Shown: positions 1 to 11,718 of the stretch, one piece after another
Numbering within the stretch: position 1 is the first letter of the stretch
Layout of the letters: the number at the start of each line of letters is the position of its first letter
NCBI RefSeq assembly: GCF_006345805.1
Contig: NC_043001.1
Span: 82,026,001-82,090,000 of the forward strand
DNA from: Octopus sinensis
Taxonomy: Eukaryota
Reading direction: 5' to 3'
DNA length: 64,000 bases
Notes under the pieces: generated by a model
Databases searched by the model: none
Told to the model about the DNA's origin: nothing
What the model saw: the letters and a program-made list of their open reading frames with translations, nothing else
Translations under genes and position numbers: made by a program

Positions 1-405
1 CGTATAATCACACATATAACAGCCACGTAGATGCACGGGCGCTCGAATACACACACACGCATACATTCGTACAGTTATATACATACATTCAAGAATGTAT
101 ACGTTAACGCATACAGTCACATCCACAGATACACACACTCACACACACGCATAAACATCCACGCATACATGCAAACACACAAGCACACCCATGTACAAAC
201 GTACACACACTTGTATACATACATACACACACATACATGCACACATGCATGCACACGCACACATCCATATGCACACGCACATACGCACACACATGCGCGC
301 ACATACAAACACATGTACACACGTACATGCACACATACATGCGCGCACACATACATATATATGCACACACACACACACGTGCACGCACACACACACATAT
401 ATATG

Positions 406-436
<31 letters not shown>

Positions 437-640
437 GCACGCACATACTACTTCGCATAGTCAAACGGACATATCTATGTAAACGCAGACAAGCACACGT
501 TCCCCCTCTCTCTCTCTCTCTTTATCTATCTCTCTTGCACTTTCTCTCTACCACACACACACAAACACACACATATACACGTAAGGAAACACACGTGCGC
601 GAACATACACTACTACGCGCAAAGGCGCATGCGCTTTAAT
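1..640. repeat. Mixed (CA)n/(TA)n/(CATA)n microsatellite tract
   Basis: Almost pure AC/AT dinucleotide mosaic; the ORFs here are H/T/Y or C/V/M artefacts. Confidence 0.95.
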
Positions 641-991
641 TGCTGTTCAAACGTTCCGATTCTATGTTTACTAAATGCAAACATATTTTCTCTCCAAAGA
701 CTCACTATTGAAATTTGCGATTTTTCTAGAATCATCGATAGAATTGCATATATTAAGAGCAGGGTATGGCTGTGTGGGTAAGAGGACCACTTTCACAACT
801 ACGTAGTTTCAGTTTCAGTTCCACTGCGCTTCAATTTGAGCAATGGTCATCTACTATGTTCTCAAGTCAACTAACGCCTTCTGAGTACATTAGGCAAAAG
901 GAAGCCACGTAGAAGCCTGTCCTATAATATATATATACATATATATATATATGCATGTACATATATACATACATATATATATTATATAAAA

Positions 992-1345
992 TCCATTGTC
1001 TCTCAGTGCGGGTGCCTTCTAGGATCTTGGGCATCCTCCAACCGATTGCGCTCAAATATGATATGTAGATGCTGACGGTATCAGGGCGTGTATAAGTCTT
1101 GAAAAAATTACAAAAATCGATTCCAGGTGAGAATGCGATCGATAAAGCCGTGAGAACGTGCATTTGTAAAATCGTTTTTCTTGGAATAGAAAACAGTCCA
1201 TCTTTATTTCTTCTTTTGCTGGTGTCTTAAATTTAGGCTAAATCAGTGTTTCTCAAAGGAGAGGCCTATATGACGGTCGGACAAGTTGTTTTGAGAAAAT
1301 TGGGCTTAAATGTTTGACAACTCAGCATCGGAGGCGTTTTGCTCG

Positions 1346-1346
<1 letters not shown>
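992..1346 (+). mobile_element. Possible non-autonomous Helentron/DINE-like (HINE) element
   Basis: Unique 350-bp block between (TA)n tracts with CCGATTGCGCTCAAAT...GATATGTAG and a 3' end GGCGTTTTGCTCGT, resembling HINE/DINE architecture (recognised by eye). Confidence 0.35.
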
Positions 1347-1434
<88 letters not shown>

Positions 1435-1639
1435 CTCATTGACAGGTCTCTGATACTTAGCTACTGTAATTGTTGGGTATATAAACAGATGGGCTGTTCG
1501 TTTGGCTGGGATTGGTCGAATTGATGAAGACGTCTCTGATGAGAATCTAATATGGTTCGAAAATCAATCTACGGAGAAACAGCTAAATTAGCCCTCTTTA
1601 TAGATGTACGCAATATGTTTTATATACATACATGGCGCA

Positions 1640-1800
1640 TGAGTGACTGTGTGGTAAGAAACTTGCTTCCCAACCACATGGTTCCGAGTTCAGTCTCACT
1701 GCGTGACATCTACTATAACCTCGGGCGAACCAAAGCCTTGTCAGTGAATTTGGTAGACGGAAACATCGTGTGTATGTATGTATGTATGTATATATGTAAT

Positions 1801-1847
<47 letters not shown>

Positions 1848-1862
1848 ACATATACTATATAC

Positions 1863-1956
<94 letters not shown>

Positions 1957-1993
1957 CATATATGTATATATATATTATATATATATATACATA

Positions 1994-2045
<52 letters not shown>

Positions 2046-2052
2046 CATATAC

Positions 2053-2104
<52 letters not shown>

Positions 2105-2165
2105 GTATTAGTGTGTCTGTGTTTGTCCTCCCACCATCGCTTGACAACCTATGTTTACATCCCCG
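1640..2165 (+). mobile_element. SINE-A copy with central microsatellite expanded to about 330 bp
   Basis: Head GAGTGACTGTGTGGTAAG...GGTTCCGAGTTCAGTC at 1640; body resumes (GTGTTTGTCCTCCCACCATCGCTTGACAACC) after the (TA)n tract. Confidence 0.8.
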
Positions 2166-2214
2166 TATATATATACACGCTTATGTGTGTGTGTGTGTGT
2201 GTGTGGTAAAGGGT

Positions 2215-2440
2215 AAAAACCCCGTCGGTCATGAATGACCATGGGATTGCACCTAGAATGTTCCCCACCGAGGCACAAGTCTGGGCAAGGTTGTTTATGG
2301 AAGACCAGCAGCCGCCCATGTATACCAACTTCTCTCCACACCACCGATGTTATCCAAAGGAAAGACAAAATCCAATACAGCTTGGCACCAGTGACGTAGT
2401 AGCTCATTTCTACAGTTGAGTCAACAAGAGCAATGTAAAC
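2215..2440 (-). mobile_element. 3' part of another SINE with a possible RTE-like tail
   Basis: Terminal hairpin CATGGTCATTCATGACCGACG on the minus strand; CAGTTGAGTCAACAAGAGCAATGTAAA resembles the core module of the SINEs at 23.4 and 40.2 kb. Confidence 0.45.
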
Positions 2441-2474
<34 letters not shown>

Positions 2475-2678
2475 TGCGCGTTTATGTGTGTGTTTATTTT
2501 TGTTTGTCCCCTACCATCTTTTGACAACCGGTAATTATGTGATTACGTTCCTTGGCTCGGCAATGGAAAATCATAGACTAAGTACCAAGCTTAAAAAACA
2601 AGTACTAAAATTCTTCAAGGCAGTACCCCAGCATGGCCGCAGTTTGATGACTGAAACAAGTAAATATATATGTATACA

Positions 2679-2742
<64 letters not shown>

Positions 2743-2743
2743 G

Positions 2744-2775
<32 letters not shown>

Positions 2776-3113
2776 AGTGATCTGTATATCATACTTGTTG
2801 GCATCGCTAAATCGTATTTCTGCTTCTTGGAGCTAATATCTACTCACACGATATGCCAAGCGAAAATCGTCTGTTAGCTGAGATAGACACTAATGGAAAG
2901 GAAAATGTTATCGCATCTTGCCGAGAAGCTGAATAACAATTCGTTTTTAATGCCAGAAGCAGTATTAGTTCAAAATAGCAATCTGCATATCATACTTAAA
3001 GCATGTTTTCTACTGAAAGCCATCTATACTGTAGTATTAACCTCGAGAGAAACTTCCTTATAGATGTATAGTGTTAAGGGACAGAAATATAAAAGTAATC
3101 ATAATAATAATAA

Positions 3114-3508
3114 TGTGGTAAGTAGCTTACTTACGAACTACATGGTTCCGGGTTCAGTCCCACTGCGTGGCACCTTGGGCAAGTGTCTTCTCCTTTAGCC
3201 TCGGGCTGACCAAAGCCTTGTGAATGGAATTGGTAGACGGAAACTGAAAGAAACCCGTCGTATATATGTATACGTATATGTATGTGTGTGTATATATGCT
3301 TGTGTATCTGTGTTTGTCCCCCCAACATCGCTTGACAACCGATGCTGGTGTGTTTACGTCCCCCTAACTTAGCGGTTCGGCAAAAAGAGATCGACAGAAT
3401 AAGTACTAGGCTTACAAAGAATAAGTCCTGGGGTCGATTTGCTCGACTAAAGCCGTTGCTCCAGCATGGCCACAGTGAAATGACTGAAACAAGTAAAAGA
3501 GGAAAAGA
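3114..3508 (+). mobile_element. SINE-A, near full length (tRNA-derived head, internal microsatellite, (TAAAAGAG)n tail)
   Basis: TGTGGTAAGTAGCTT, B-box-like GGTTCCGGGTTCAGTCCC, tail CAGCATGGCCACAGTGAAATGACTGAAACAAGTAAAAGAG; about 20 related copies in the window. Confidence 0.9.
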
Positions 3509-3624
3509 GAAGAATGAAGGAATTATACAAGAAATTTTAAGAGGTAGACAAAAAATTGTTTAAGGTAATAACGTAAATATTCTACTTTATTTTCATTTTA
3601 TTTCATTTCCTTGGAAAAATTTAA

Positions 3625-4003
3625 GGCCTTCACTATCTGTATATAAATAACGTAGCGAAGGCGGAGGTATTGTTTCAGTTGTGTTCGTTTGTTTGTTCGT
3701 CCTTGGACAAGATATCCCAAGAACCGCTGAATGGATTCGGATGAAACTTTCAGGGATGTTTGCCCTCTTGATTAGATTTTGGGATCGATCTAGTACCGGG
3801 CAAATATTCTGGATTATTTTTTCTATTTTTTTTTTCACTTAATTTTTGAGAGCGGTCGGGCTCATTTTTAGTATTCTCGTTTGTAGGCGCAGTCGAGTTG
3901 ATTTCAGATATTCTCATTTTAAAAATCATCTCTGGCTAATCGTTGAGAGGGCGTTGGTGTTGCCTTGGTGGAAGTTTGTGCTCTCTGAGTACTCTTATTT
4001 ATT
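3625..4003 (+). mobile_element. Non-autonomous Helentron-associated (HINE-like) element
   Basis: GAAGGCGGAGGTATTGTTT, (GTTT)n, GGATTCGGATGAAACTTTCAGG and 3' CCTTGGTGGAAGTTTGTGCTCTCTGAGTACTCTT followed by a T-rich flank. Confidence 0.6.
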
Positions 4004-4020
4004 CTAACATTATCATTATT

Positions 4021-4096
<76 letters not shown>

Positions 4097-4450
4097 ATTG
4101 AGATTCAGAGGAATTAGGTACTTAAGTTAAAGCACCAAAAGTTAGTGCGGTTAATAATGTGAATAAAATCAAAATAAGCAACATGATATCCAGAGGTGAT
4201 GCAGTACGACCGTTTCAAGCGGCTCCATTTAATTGAATAAATCAATCTTTACATCAATTTAAATGCAGGGCTATCGTCAGCTGCATAAATAAATAAATAA
4301 GATGAATTTTTTAATCGGTCAGACACATTTGTATAATTTTACTTAAATAGTCTAATAGGGTAAGAAGACAAAGTCCATGCTGTTGTCACTTCAGCATAGA
4401 AGTTTCTAAGACATCCGGAAAAAAGATTTGTTTGCATCATAGCTTACCAC
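4097..4450 (-). mobile_element. Penelope-like element 3' fragment containing a hammerhead ribozyme
   Basis: Minus-strand remnant ...SSYPIRLFK* (PLE-like C-terminus), then a hammerhead core, ending at (TA)n; the same terminal sequence recurs inverted at about 20770-20815. Confidence 0.55.
4199..4286 (-). ncRNA. Type I hammerhead ribozyme with long stem II
   Basis: ATGCAG-CTGACGA-(57-nt hairpin)-GAAA-C-GGTC-G-TA-CTGCAT; perfect 6-bp stem I, GUA cleavage triplet. Confidence 0.8.
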
Positions 4451-4577
4451 TAATTTTGGTTCTGTTTTAATTTACTAGTCTTGTATATCAAATCTAAGAC
4501 TACACAATAATGTCTGTTAGGAAAGAGCATGAGAGAGTTGACAGAATCATAGTGGGTATAGTCATAAAACGATATAG

Positions 4578-4641
<64 letters not shown>

Positions 4642-5946
4642 CATATGACTATATCGTTAGTTGAAATGTTTGTCATATATTTCAACCTCTAAAGGCAAAT
4701 ACAAGACCCTCGTATACATACATATATACATACATACATATATATATATACATACATTTGTGTGTCCTTGTGTCTGCGTTTGTCCCCTCATTACCACTTG
4801 ACAACCGATGTTGGTGCGTTTACCTCCCACCCTCCACACCGTAACGTTGCGGTTCGGCAAAAGAGAACTATAGAACAAATAATAGAGTCAACAGAAATAA
4901 GTCCTGGGGTCGATTTATTCGACTAAAATCCCTTGAAGGCAGTGCTCCAACATTGCTGCAGTCAAACGACTAGACCAAGTAAAAAGAATATATATGAATA
5001 CGAGAATACAAAAAGAACACACATGCCTCTCTCCATACGCGCGCGCTCACGCACACGCATATACACACTCACATACACGCACACACACATTCACACACAT
5101 ACACGCACATACACACGCACATTCACACACATACACACATATGCATGAAGACATGTTTATTGGTTTATACATTTCAACAACAATAACAAAAACATTCACA
5201 TTATCAACTCGATAGTCATCGATTATTCCTTTGGGATAATTTGTAAAGATGGACGCTATAGATTAATGCTACCACGTGACTGGAACTGTGGTTGGCGTTG
5301 TGTAAAGTCAAAGAGAATATGGACCATGTGACTTCATGGTGTTATCATTATATATATATATATATATAAAACGATATATAATAGTTTTATTGTGTATACA
5401 CACTCTTTACGTATAAAGATCGCTTTACTGTCATTCACGCCGATTTATTATGTGTGTGTATGTGTGTATGTGTGTGTATACATATACATACATACATACA
5501 TACATATACAATCACATGCATATAAACCAATAAACATTTTTTCATGCATATGTATGTATGTGTGCGAATGTGCATGTGTGTGTGCGTGTGCGCGTGTGTG
5601 AGTGTGAATGTGTGTGATGTGGTGTGGTGTGTGTGTTGAAAGGACGGCTATCATCTGTCAAGATGAAGCAGTCATATATATCCACACTCATTTTATTGTG
5701 TGCACAATGTTAACGCGTATATAGGCTTTTATATGCAATATTACTATGTAATATCTTTTATTACTGTGTATACACGCTGTTATTTGATATACATACTGTC
5801 TTACTGAGTATTTAGTGTTATTGCGTACACAAAATTTTAATGTGTATAAATATTGCAATGTATACAGTGGCTTACTGCGTATACACTGTTATTTGTTATA
5901 TACACCCTTGTGCTGTATATATATATATATAAATATATATATATAT

Positions 5947-6289
5947 TACTCTTTTACTCATCGACCCCAGGACTTATTCTTTGTAAGCCTAGTATTTATT
6001 CTATCGGTCTCTTTTGTCGAACCGCTAAGTTACGGGGACTTAAACACACCAGCATCGGTTGTCAAGCGATGTTGGGGGGACAAGCACAGACACACAAACA
6101 TATACGCACACACACGCGCGCACACACACACATACATATACATATATACGACGGGCCTCTTTCAGTTTCTGTCTACCAAATCCACTGAAAAGGCTTTGGT
6201 CGGCCCAAGGCTATGGTAGAAGACACTTGTCCAAGGTGCCACGCAGTGGGACTGAACCCAGAACCATGTGGTTCCTAAGCAAGCTACTT
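5947..6289 (-). mobile_element. SINE-A copy (body and tail) interrupted in its head by the Tx1 pair; head remnant at 13228-13253
   Basis: SINE-A sequence stops at AGCAAGCTACTT (6278-6289) and resumes as AGCAAGCTACTT-ACCACACAGCCAC at 13228-13252. Confidence 0.92.
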
Positions 6290-6517
6290 TATTTCATATA
6301 ATTTGCCATTTAGGCATTTACAAAGAGGGGACAAACAAGGACAGACAAATATAAAGGGTGAAGTAGCTTAACACAGTTACAATTTTCGAATGAAATTACG
6401 GATAAGATTATAAACAATGAATTTTACGAAGGCAATGTTTAAAAATATTAATGATCATGTCGAAGGACGGACACCCAGCCATCCGGGTAGAACCTTTACT
6501 TTCTGATCCGGTCACAC

Positions 6518-9500
6518 TTACCTGGTGCCAAACATACCCATCTTGTATGCCACAGGCTTCCATCTTTTCACAAACATATCTCGTGACAGACACCTCTTCT
6601 CCAGCCTGATTTTGCTACTGAGGTGGTAACTAAAAAAGTTAATCAACCCCTGGCCGGAGACAAAGGTGCCTGTCACTATACCTTTCGTACGCATCTTCCA
6701 TACTGTTTCTTTCAGTATGGCTACTACACAGAAAAAACAAGCCTTTCTTTCCTGTTAAGGAAAGGGGGCGGCACAATCTCGATGACAGACTCAGCCGATA
6801 GCTATACTCTTCCCATCACTGACAACAGTTGTTCAACAAAAGCTATCAGTCCCGATAACTCCGGACACTCCACGAATGCGTGCAAGACGGTCTCCCTATC
6901 CTGCTCACATCGCGGGCATGTCGGCGAGACGGCACTACCGTGCCTTGACAGCTTGTCGCGAACAGGTAAAGCCGCACGGAAACACTGCCAGGCCAGGAAT
7001 TTCTGGTAATTATCCAGATACCCCGGCCCGAACGTCCTCCGGAACAGGTTGACCAACTGATTTTCATCGTAGCCCAGGGTCTCCCCCAAGGCGTCTTCGG
7101 ACTTAATCTCCACTAACCCGCTATAGAAATCCGTGGTGGAACTCCTGTTGCCGGCGTTGCCCACCCGAGATAGTAGCTGGAGCGCCTGACGGCACTCTAA
7201 ATGCCATTCACTCAGTTTAGGTCTCCGCTTGATCCATGCACCGATATCCGTTAGGGATGTTAACTGGGGAAGGTAGAACCGGACGTGCGGCGACCACACC
7301 TGCTCTCCAACCAGGTAAAGCCAGAGGTGCCTCAACCTTAACGCGAGTTTTCGCATCCTCAGCGGTTTCTGGCAGCAGACAGAGCGCTTTACAAGTGGCT
7401 TTCCTCCTTTCCACAAAAATCGGAAAAGGATTCTCTCCAACTTGTTCAGCCACAAATCGGGGCAAGGCACCACGGTCAGACGGTAGGTGATTACTGATGC
7501 TATAAACATCTGCACCACCTCCGCCTTCCCTAGCAGGGATAACGCCCGCCCAGACCAGGTCTGGGTTAGAGCGGTCACCTTGTTGGCCACCTCACTCCAA
7601 TTTTTCTCAATCTGGAGGTCTGGCCCGAACCAGACTCCGAGCAGCTTAACAGGACCTTCCGTCCAACGCCCTACGACGTTATTGGACGGCATCGGCTTGC
7701 CCCTCCAGGTGCCGAGTTGCAAACCGACCGACTTGTCCTTGTTAACCTTTGCTCCTGCCACCGCCTCGTAGCTTTTGATGGCCTCTTCCACCACTGGAAG
7801 CTGGCCTTCGTCTGCCACGATGATGGAGGTGTCATCCGCATACGCCGTAGCTCCTCTTCCACACCATAGATCATGCGGCGCGCCCCCTAGTGCCTCCAAC
7901 TTCCGCAGCAAAGGCTCAAGAGCCAATACGTATAGGAGCGAGGACAGGGGACACCCTTGACGAACTGAACGCTCGATCCTGAACGGCTTCGAAAAGGAAC
8001 CGTTCACCTTGACTACAGACTCGATGTCGCTATACAAAGCAGCGATCCAACCTCGAAAGGTCGGGCCTAGGCCAGCCTCTCCGAGGACCGTCGCCAGGTA
8101 CCGATGGTCGACTCTATCAAATGCTTTGGACTGGTCTAAATGTACTAGTGCTCCCCCTGCGCCAGAAAGCTTCCCCACCCTCTCTAAGGAGTAGCGTATA
8201 AGGTGGAGATTGTCGTGGATCGTTCTGCCGGGGATAGCGCACGTTTGCGCTTCCCCGACAAGTTTGTCCACGACCCGCGCCAACCTTTTTGCTAGCACCT
8301 TGGCCAGAATCTTTAACTCTGTGTTTAACAGAGTTATGGGCCTGAAGTTCCCTATCTCGTCCCCCTTGTTCGGGTCCCCCCTGATCAACGTCACCGCCCC
8401 CCGGCTCGCAGACTTGGGAATTCTCCCATTCTGCTGCCAGTTGGCGTAGACGCTAGCCAGCAGGTGCCCGAACAAGTCTGGCATACTTCTATAAAATTCA
8501 TAGGGCAGACCATCGAGACCCGGCGACTTCTCCCCGGGGCACTTGCCCAACACTTCGATTACTTCCTCGGCTGTGATTGGCCCTTCACAGCACTCAGCCT
8601 CTCGTGTCGAGAGGCGCGGGCCACCAGACAGGAAGTCCCTAAGGGCCTCACCATGATCCAGCGTCCCGCACCTCCCGAACAACTCGGCGAAGTGCTTGTG
8701 AAGTGCCTCACACATCTCGTCCCGGTTCTTGATCGTGCATCCGTTTTCATCAACAAGAGACCCAATTGTGGCATCGTTTCCACGCTGTGTTTCTATCGTA
8801 CGGGCCCATCCGGCAACATTAATTCCCTCACGGCCCAATGCTCGTACTTTAGCCCGGACTCTACATCCCTCATGTTTGGTTTTGAGGTGACGGTCTAATG
8901 CCGTTCTCACTGCTAAAATGTGAGATGCAGAGCCCAACCTCAACGCCTCCTCTAAGTTCTTAACTAGTTGCCCTTCTATTCTAGCCCTATCTAGTCTTAG
9001 TTGTTTACTAAATCTAATGGACTCGAATCGAATGGCTCTTTTGAGGGTGAACCACCACCGGTTATTAACCACGGCTCCGGTTAACGCCCTCTGCACTAAC
9101 ACCTTAATCCGGCTACGGTATGCCTCGCGTGTCAAAATAGACTTGTTCAGCTTCCAGTAGCCGGTTCCTATCTTAAGTGTGCTATCTATGTCCAGTCTAC
9201 ACGTGACCATTCTATGGTCAGTATAGGGCACCTGGACGAGCTGTGGACAACTAAAACTAGACTTATCTCTAGTTCTTATCACTATCCTGTCTAGATAAGA
9301 CTTGAACCTTCCGTCGCCACTCATCCAGGTCCACTCTGGGACGTTCGGATGGTCAAGTCTGTAACGATCTGCTAGCTGAAACCGCTTAAGCAGATCCACG
9401 AGACGTGAGTTCACTTTCCTATAGATCGAGCCAACGCTATCGATGTGTACGTCAACGATAGCATTAAAGTCCCCTAATATCACTAAAGTCTTCGACGTCA

Positions 9501-9891
9501 CGAGAAAGCCCTCTAGGCGCCGATAAAAATCAGTTTGGAACCCTCTAGCACAAGGTGCATAGAGTCCGATCAACCTGAAGGCCTTACTGCTGTATGTCAC
9601 ACCAAGGACGACCAGCCCACCTTCTGGGTCTACATAGACTGTACTTGTCTGTAGAGCCAAGTCTTTACGGATCAGTACCACTACGCCCCCTCGCCCTCCG
9701 GTCTGGCCAGGAGACATGATTTTCTCGTAGCCATTCAGGAGAGGCGAGAAGGTTTGTAGGCTGTCCAGCTTGGTCTCTGTAGCAACCATCACATGTATAT
9801 CATGTGATCTGAGGTCGTCGAGGAAACAAGCCTGCTTCCACTTCGAACTCAGACCACGCACATTTAAACAACCAAGGTTAAGCGAAGCCAT
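6518..9891 (-). pseudogene. ORF2: APE endonuclease + reverse transcriptase + C-terminal Zn finger; open for 1029 aa, then a premature TAG (6802-6804) and a frameshift near 6745
   Basis: Motifs LNVRGL, ETK, GDFNA, SYLDRI, DHRMV, YWKLN, KSPGLDG, FRPITLLN, DQSKAFD, QGCPLS, YADD, CPRC..ETVLHAFVEC; reading continues LSAESVIEIVPPPF and, in another frame, ACFFCVVAILKETVWKMR...GTR* to 6518. Confidence 0.93.
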
Positions 9892-9908
9892 TACAAAAAG
9901 TAAAAGTC

Positions 9909-11338
9909 CTACTTACATTTCGTTGGAGAGGTGGGGGCCGACCTCACCACACGTTTGTGGGCCCCTTCTTTCTCCTCTTTCTTCAGATAGTCCGGCAAGT
10001 TCGCGATATGCCGGATGGCGTTTGGATGTCTGTCTTTTAATTGTTTGAACGTTGTTTCCGCAATCCACGCGTGTCTATTTCGATCTTTGTATTTGTTGTA
10101 CAGTCTTGCTGACTGATGCTGAACCACAATATCGTTTATGTATTTGTCTTGTGTGTCGAATTCAATTAATATGAGTTCATTTTCTTTTTTGTCTTCTTTT
10201 TTTCTGGGCCAGTTGAGCGGGATTTTTTTTTCCGTGTCTGTGGTGTGTCTTTGTTTTTATTATTTTTTGTAGGGGATGTGGACGGGGATGCTGCACGAAT
10301 TCTTTTACGAACTGGTGTAAATCCCCCCTCTGATACCTCCATGGTATCGTCTGGGGTAGCAATAGTTTGTTCGGTAGGCGCCGCAGTTTTTAGGGGGGTG
10401 GGAGGTTTTAATAGTGTAGGGGTTTGTGAGTGCGAGGGCTTGGTTTTTTCTTCAGTCTGTTTTGGGGTTGGCACCGTAACAGCAGGAGTGGGATTTTTTG
10501 TTTTTGTAGGGTTAGGTGTGTTTGCAAGGGTAGGGACTTTTTTATTATCTGAGGGGCCTGGTGTCTGCGGTTTCTTTTGCTTGTCTGGACAGTCTACACG
10601 AATATGGCCCTTTTTGCCGCAGGCGTAACAGGTGGGTTTTCGGCCTTCGACCTGTACCCTGAGGGCTACGTTCTCGCCCACGAGCACCCTCTCAGGAAGG
10701 AGCTGCAGGTCCTCCGCTGTTCCTTGAATTAATATATTAATGTTACGCCCGAGCCAAAATCGAGGGGTAGAGCATGTTACTTCTAGTATTTTTATTTTGT
10801 CCGCCCTTTTATATAACAGGGCGGCCACTACCTCTACCGGATCTACTTCCGGCGGGGCTTCTACAATCCTGACCCGGGACGTCCTGCGTCCCCTATAGCT
10901 TGAGAAAAGTACCACCTCCTTGGTTTTTAGGGGGTTCACAGAATGCCCGCGGGCCATTTCTTCCCCCGAGAAGCGGACATCCACAGTGCCATATGCCCGT
11001 CCCCTGGCGACGTACACGATGTCCTTCCAAATCGGGGACAGGCATTTCTCGATGGTGCTTTTTTCAAAGTGTTTGAACCTTCTGCTTTGTGGACAGAAAG
11101 TTTTAAACACTACGGTCCGCTTCTCGGTCTCCACGATACTGGCGGAGGGTGATATTTTAACATCACCACCCTCCTCTTGCATTCTTTTAAATAGCTCGAT
11201 GAGCTGGTTGACATCGATGTCAATGTTCTCGGTAGCCACTGCGGCTACCGCAGAAAATTTTTTAACATTGCTCTCCTCAAGAGCACTACTTTCGTGGATA
11301 ATTTCAACAGGCATTATTCTGTTGAAATTAGACAACAC
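9909..11338 (-). CDS. ORF1 (gag-like RNA-binding protein, RRM-like region + CX2CX4HX4C); 390-aa frame plus a probable -1-frame C-terminal extension to 9909
   Basis: CYACGKKGHIRVDC knuckle; alternative frame TEKKIPLNWP...ENELILIEFD...TKCK* ends 17 nt before the ORF2 ATG; first ATG is at 11314. Confidence 0.88.
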
Positions 11339-11718
11339 AAAAATTACGAATATTGGTTTCCCACAAAACTGGAAAACCTATAGAAAGTTTTTCTTCCAAA
11401 GTAGTTCAAAAAAGCAGTTCAAAATTCCAATCCCACCCCCATTCGGGGGAGGGGCACAAAAATAGTCTGGCAGGACTATATATAGTCACGTAAATAAAAA
11501 GCCACAATGGCTAACAGTTCAACGGTAAGAAATTATCCAATTATTCCCCGGTAAAACCGGAGAACAAGATAGTTCAGCAACGTTTAAAGACAAATTTTCA
11601 GTAGTGGAAATTCAACAATTAACAACACAGCAAAATTCTTACCGGGAAGAAAACGCGTCCAAACCGTAGTACGGTGAGCAAAGTCACTCTTCAGTCAGTG
11701 AGGTTAGCAAAGCTACTT

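Larger units (their letters stand above)
6290..11705 (-). mobile_element. Full-length Tx1/L1-group non-LTR retrotransposon (5.4 kb) flanked by a 12-13-bp TSD
   Basis: 5'UTR, ORF1 (CCHC), ORF2 (APE+RT+C-terminal CCHC), about 230-nt 3'UTR ending GAAATA; TSD AGCAAGCTACTT at 6278-6289 and AGCAAAGCTACTT at 11706-11718. Confidence 0.95.

Noticed and set aside
31-639. Long ORFs over CA/TA/TATG arrays (also 1552-2238, 29748-30488, 48772-49774, 54882-55560)
   Set aside because: Simple repeats lack stops in several frames; the peptides are H/T/Y/I or C/V/M runs open on both strands
1530-1580. Hammerhead-like CTGATGA...GAAA (also at about 13915-13955 minus and 39700-39735 minus)
   Set aside because: Stem I does not close, GAAA is mutated or the core is deleted; at best decayed remnants
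10245-11465. Antisense ORFs over the Tx1 ORFs (e.g. 10920-11465 +, 8464-8898 +, 12153-12536 +)
   Set aside because: Shadow ORFs of coding DNA with no recognisable motifs
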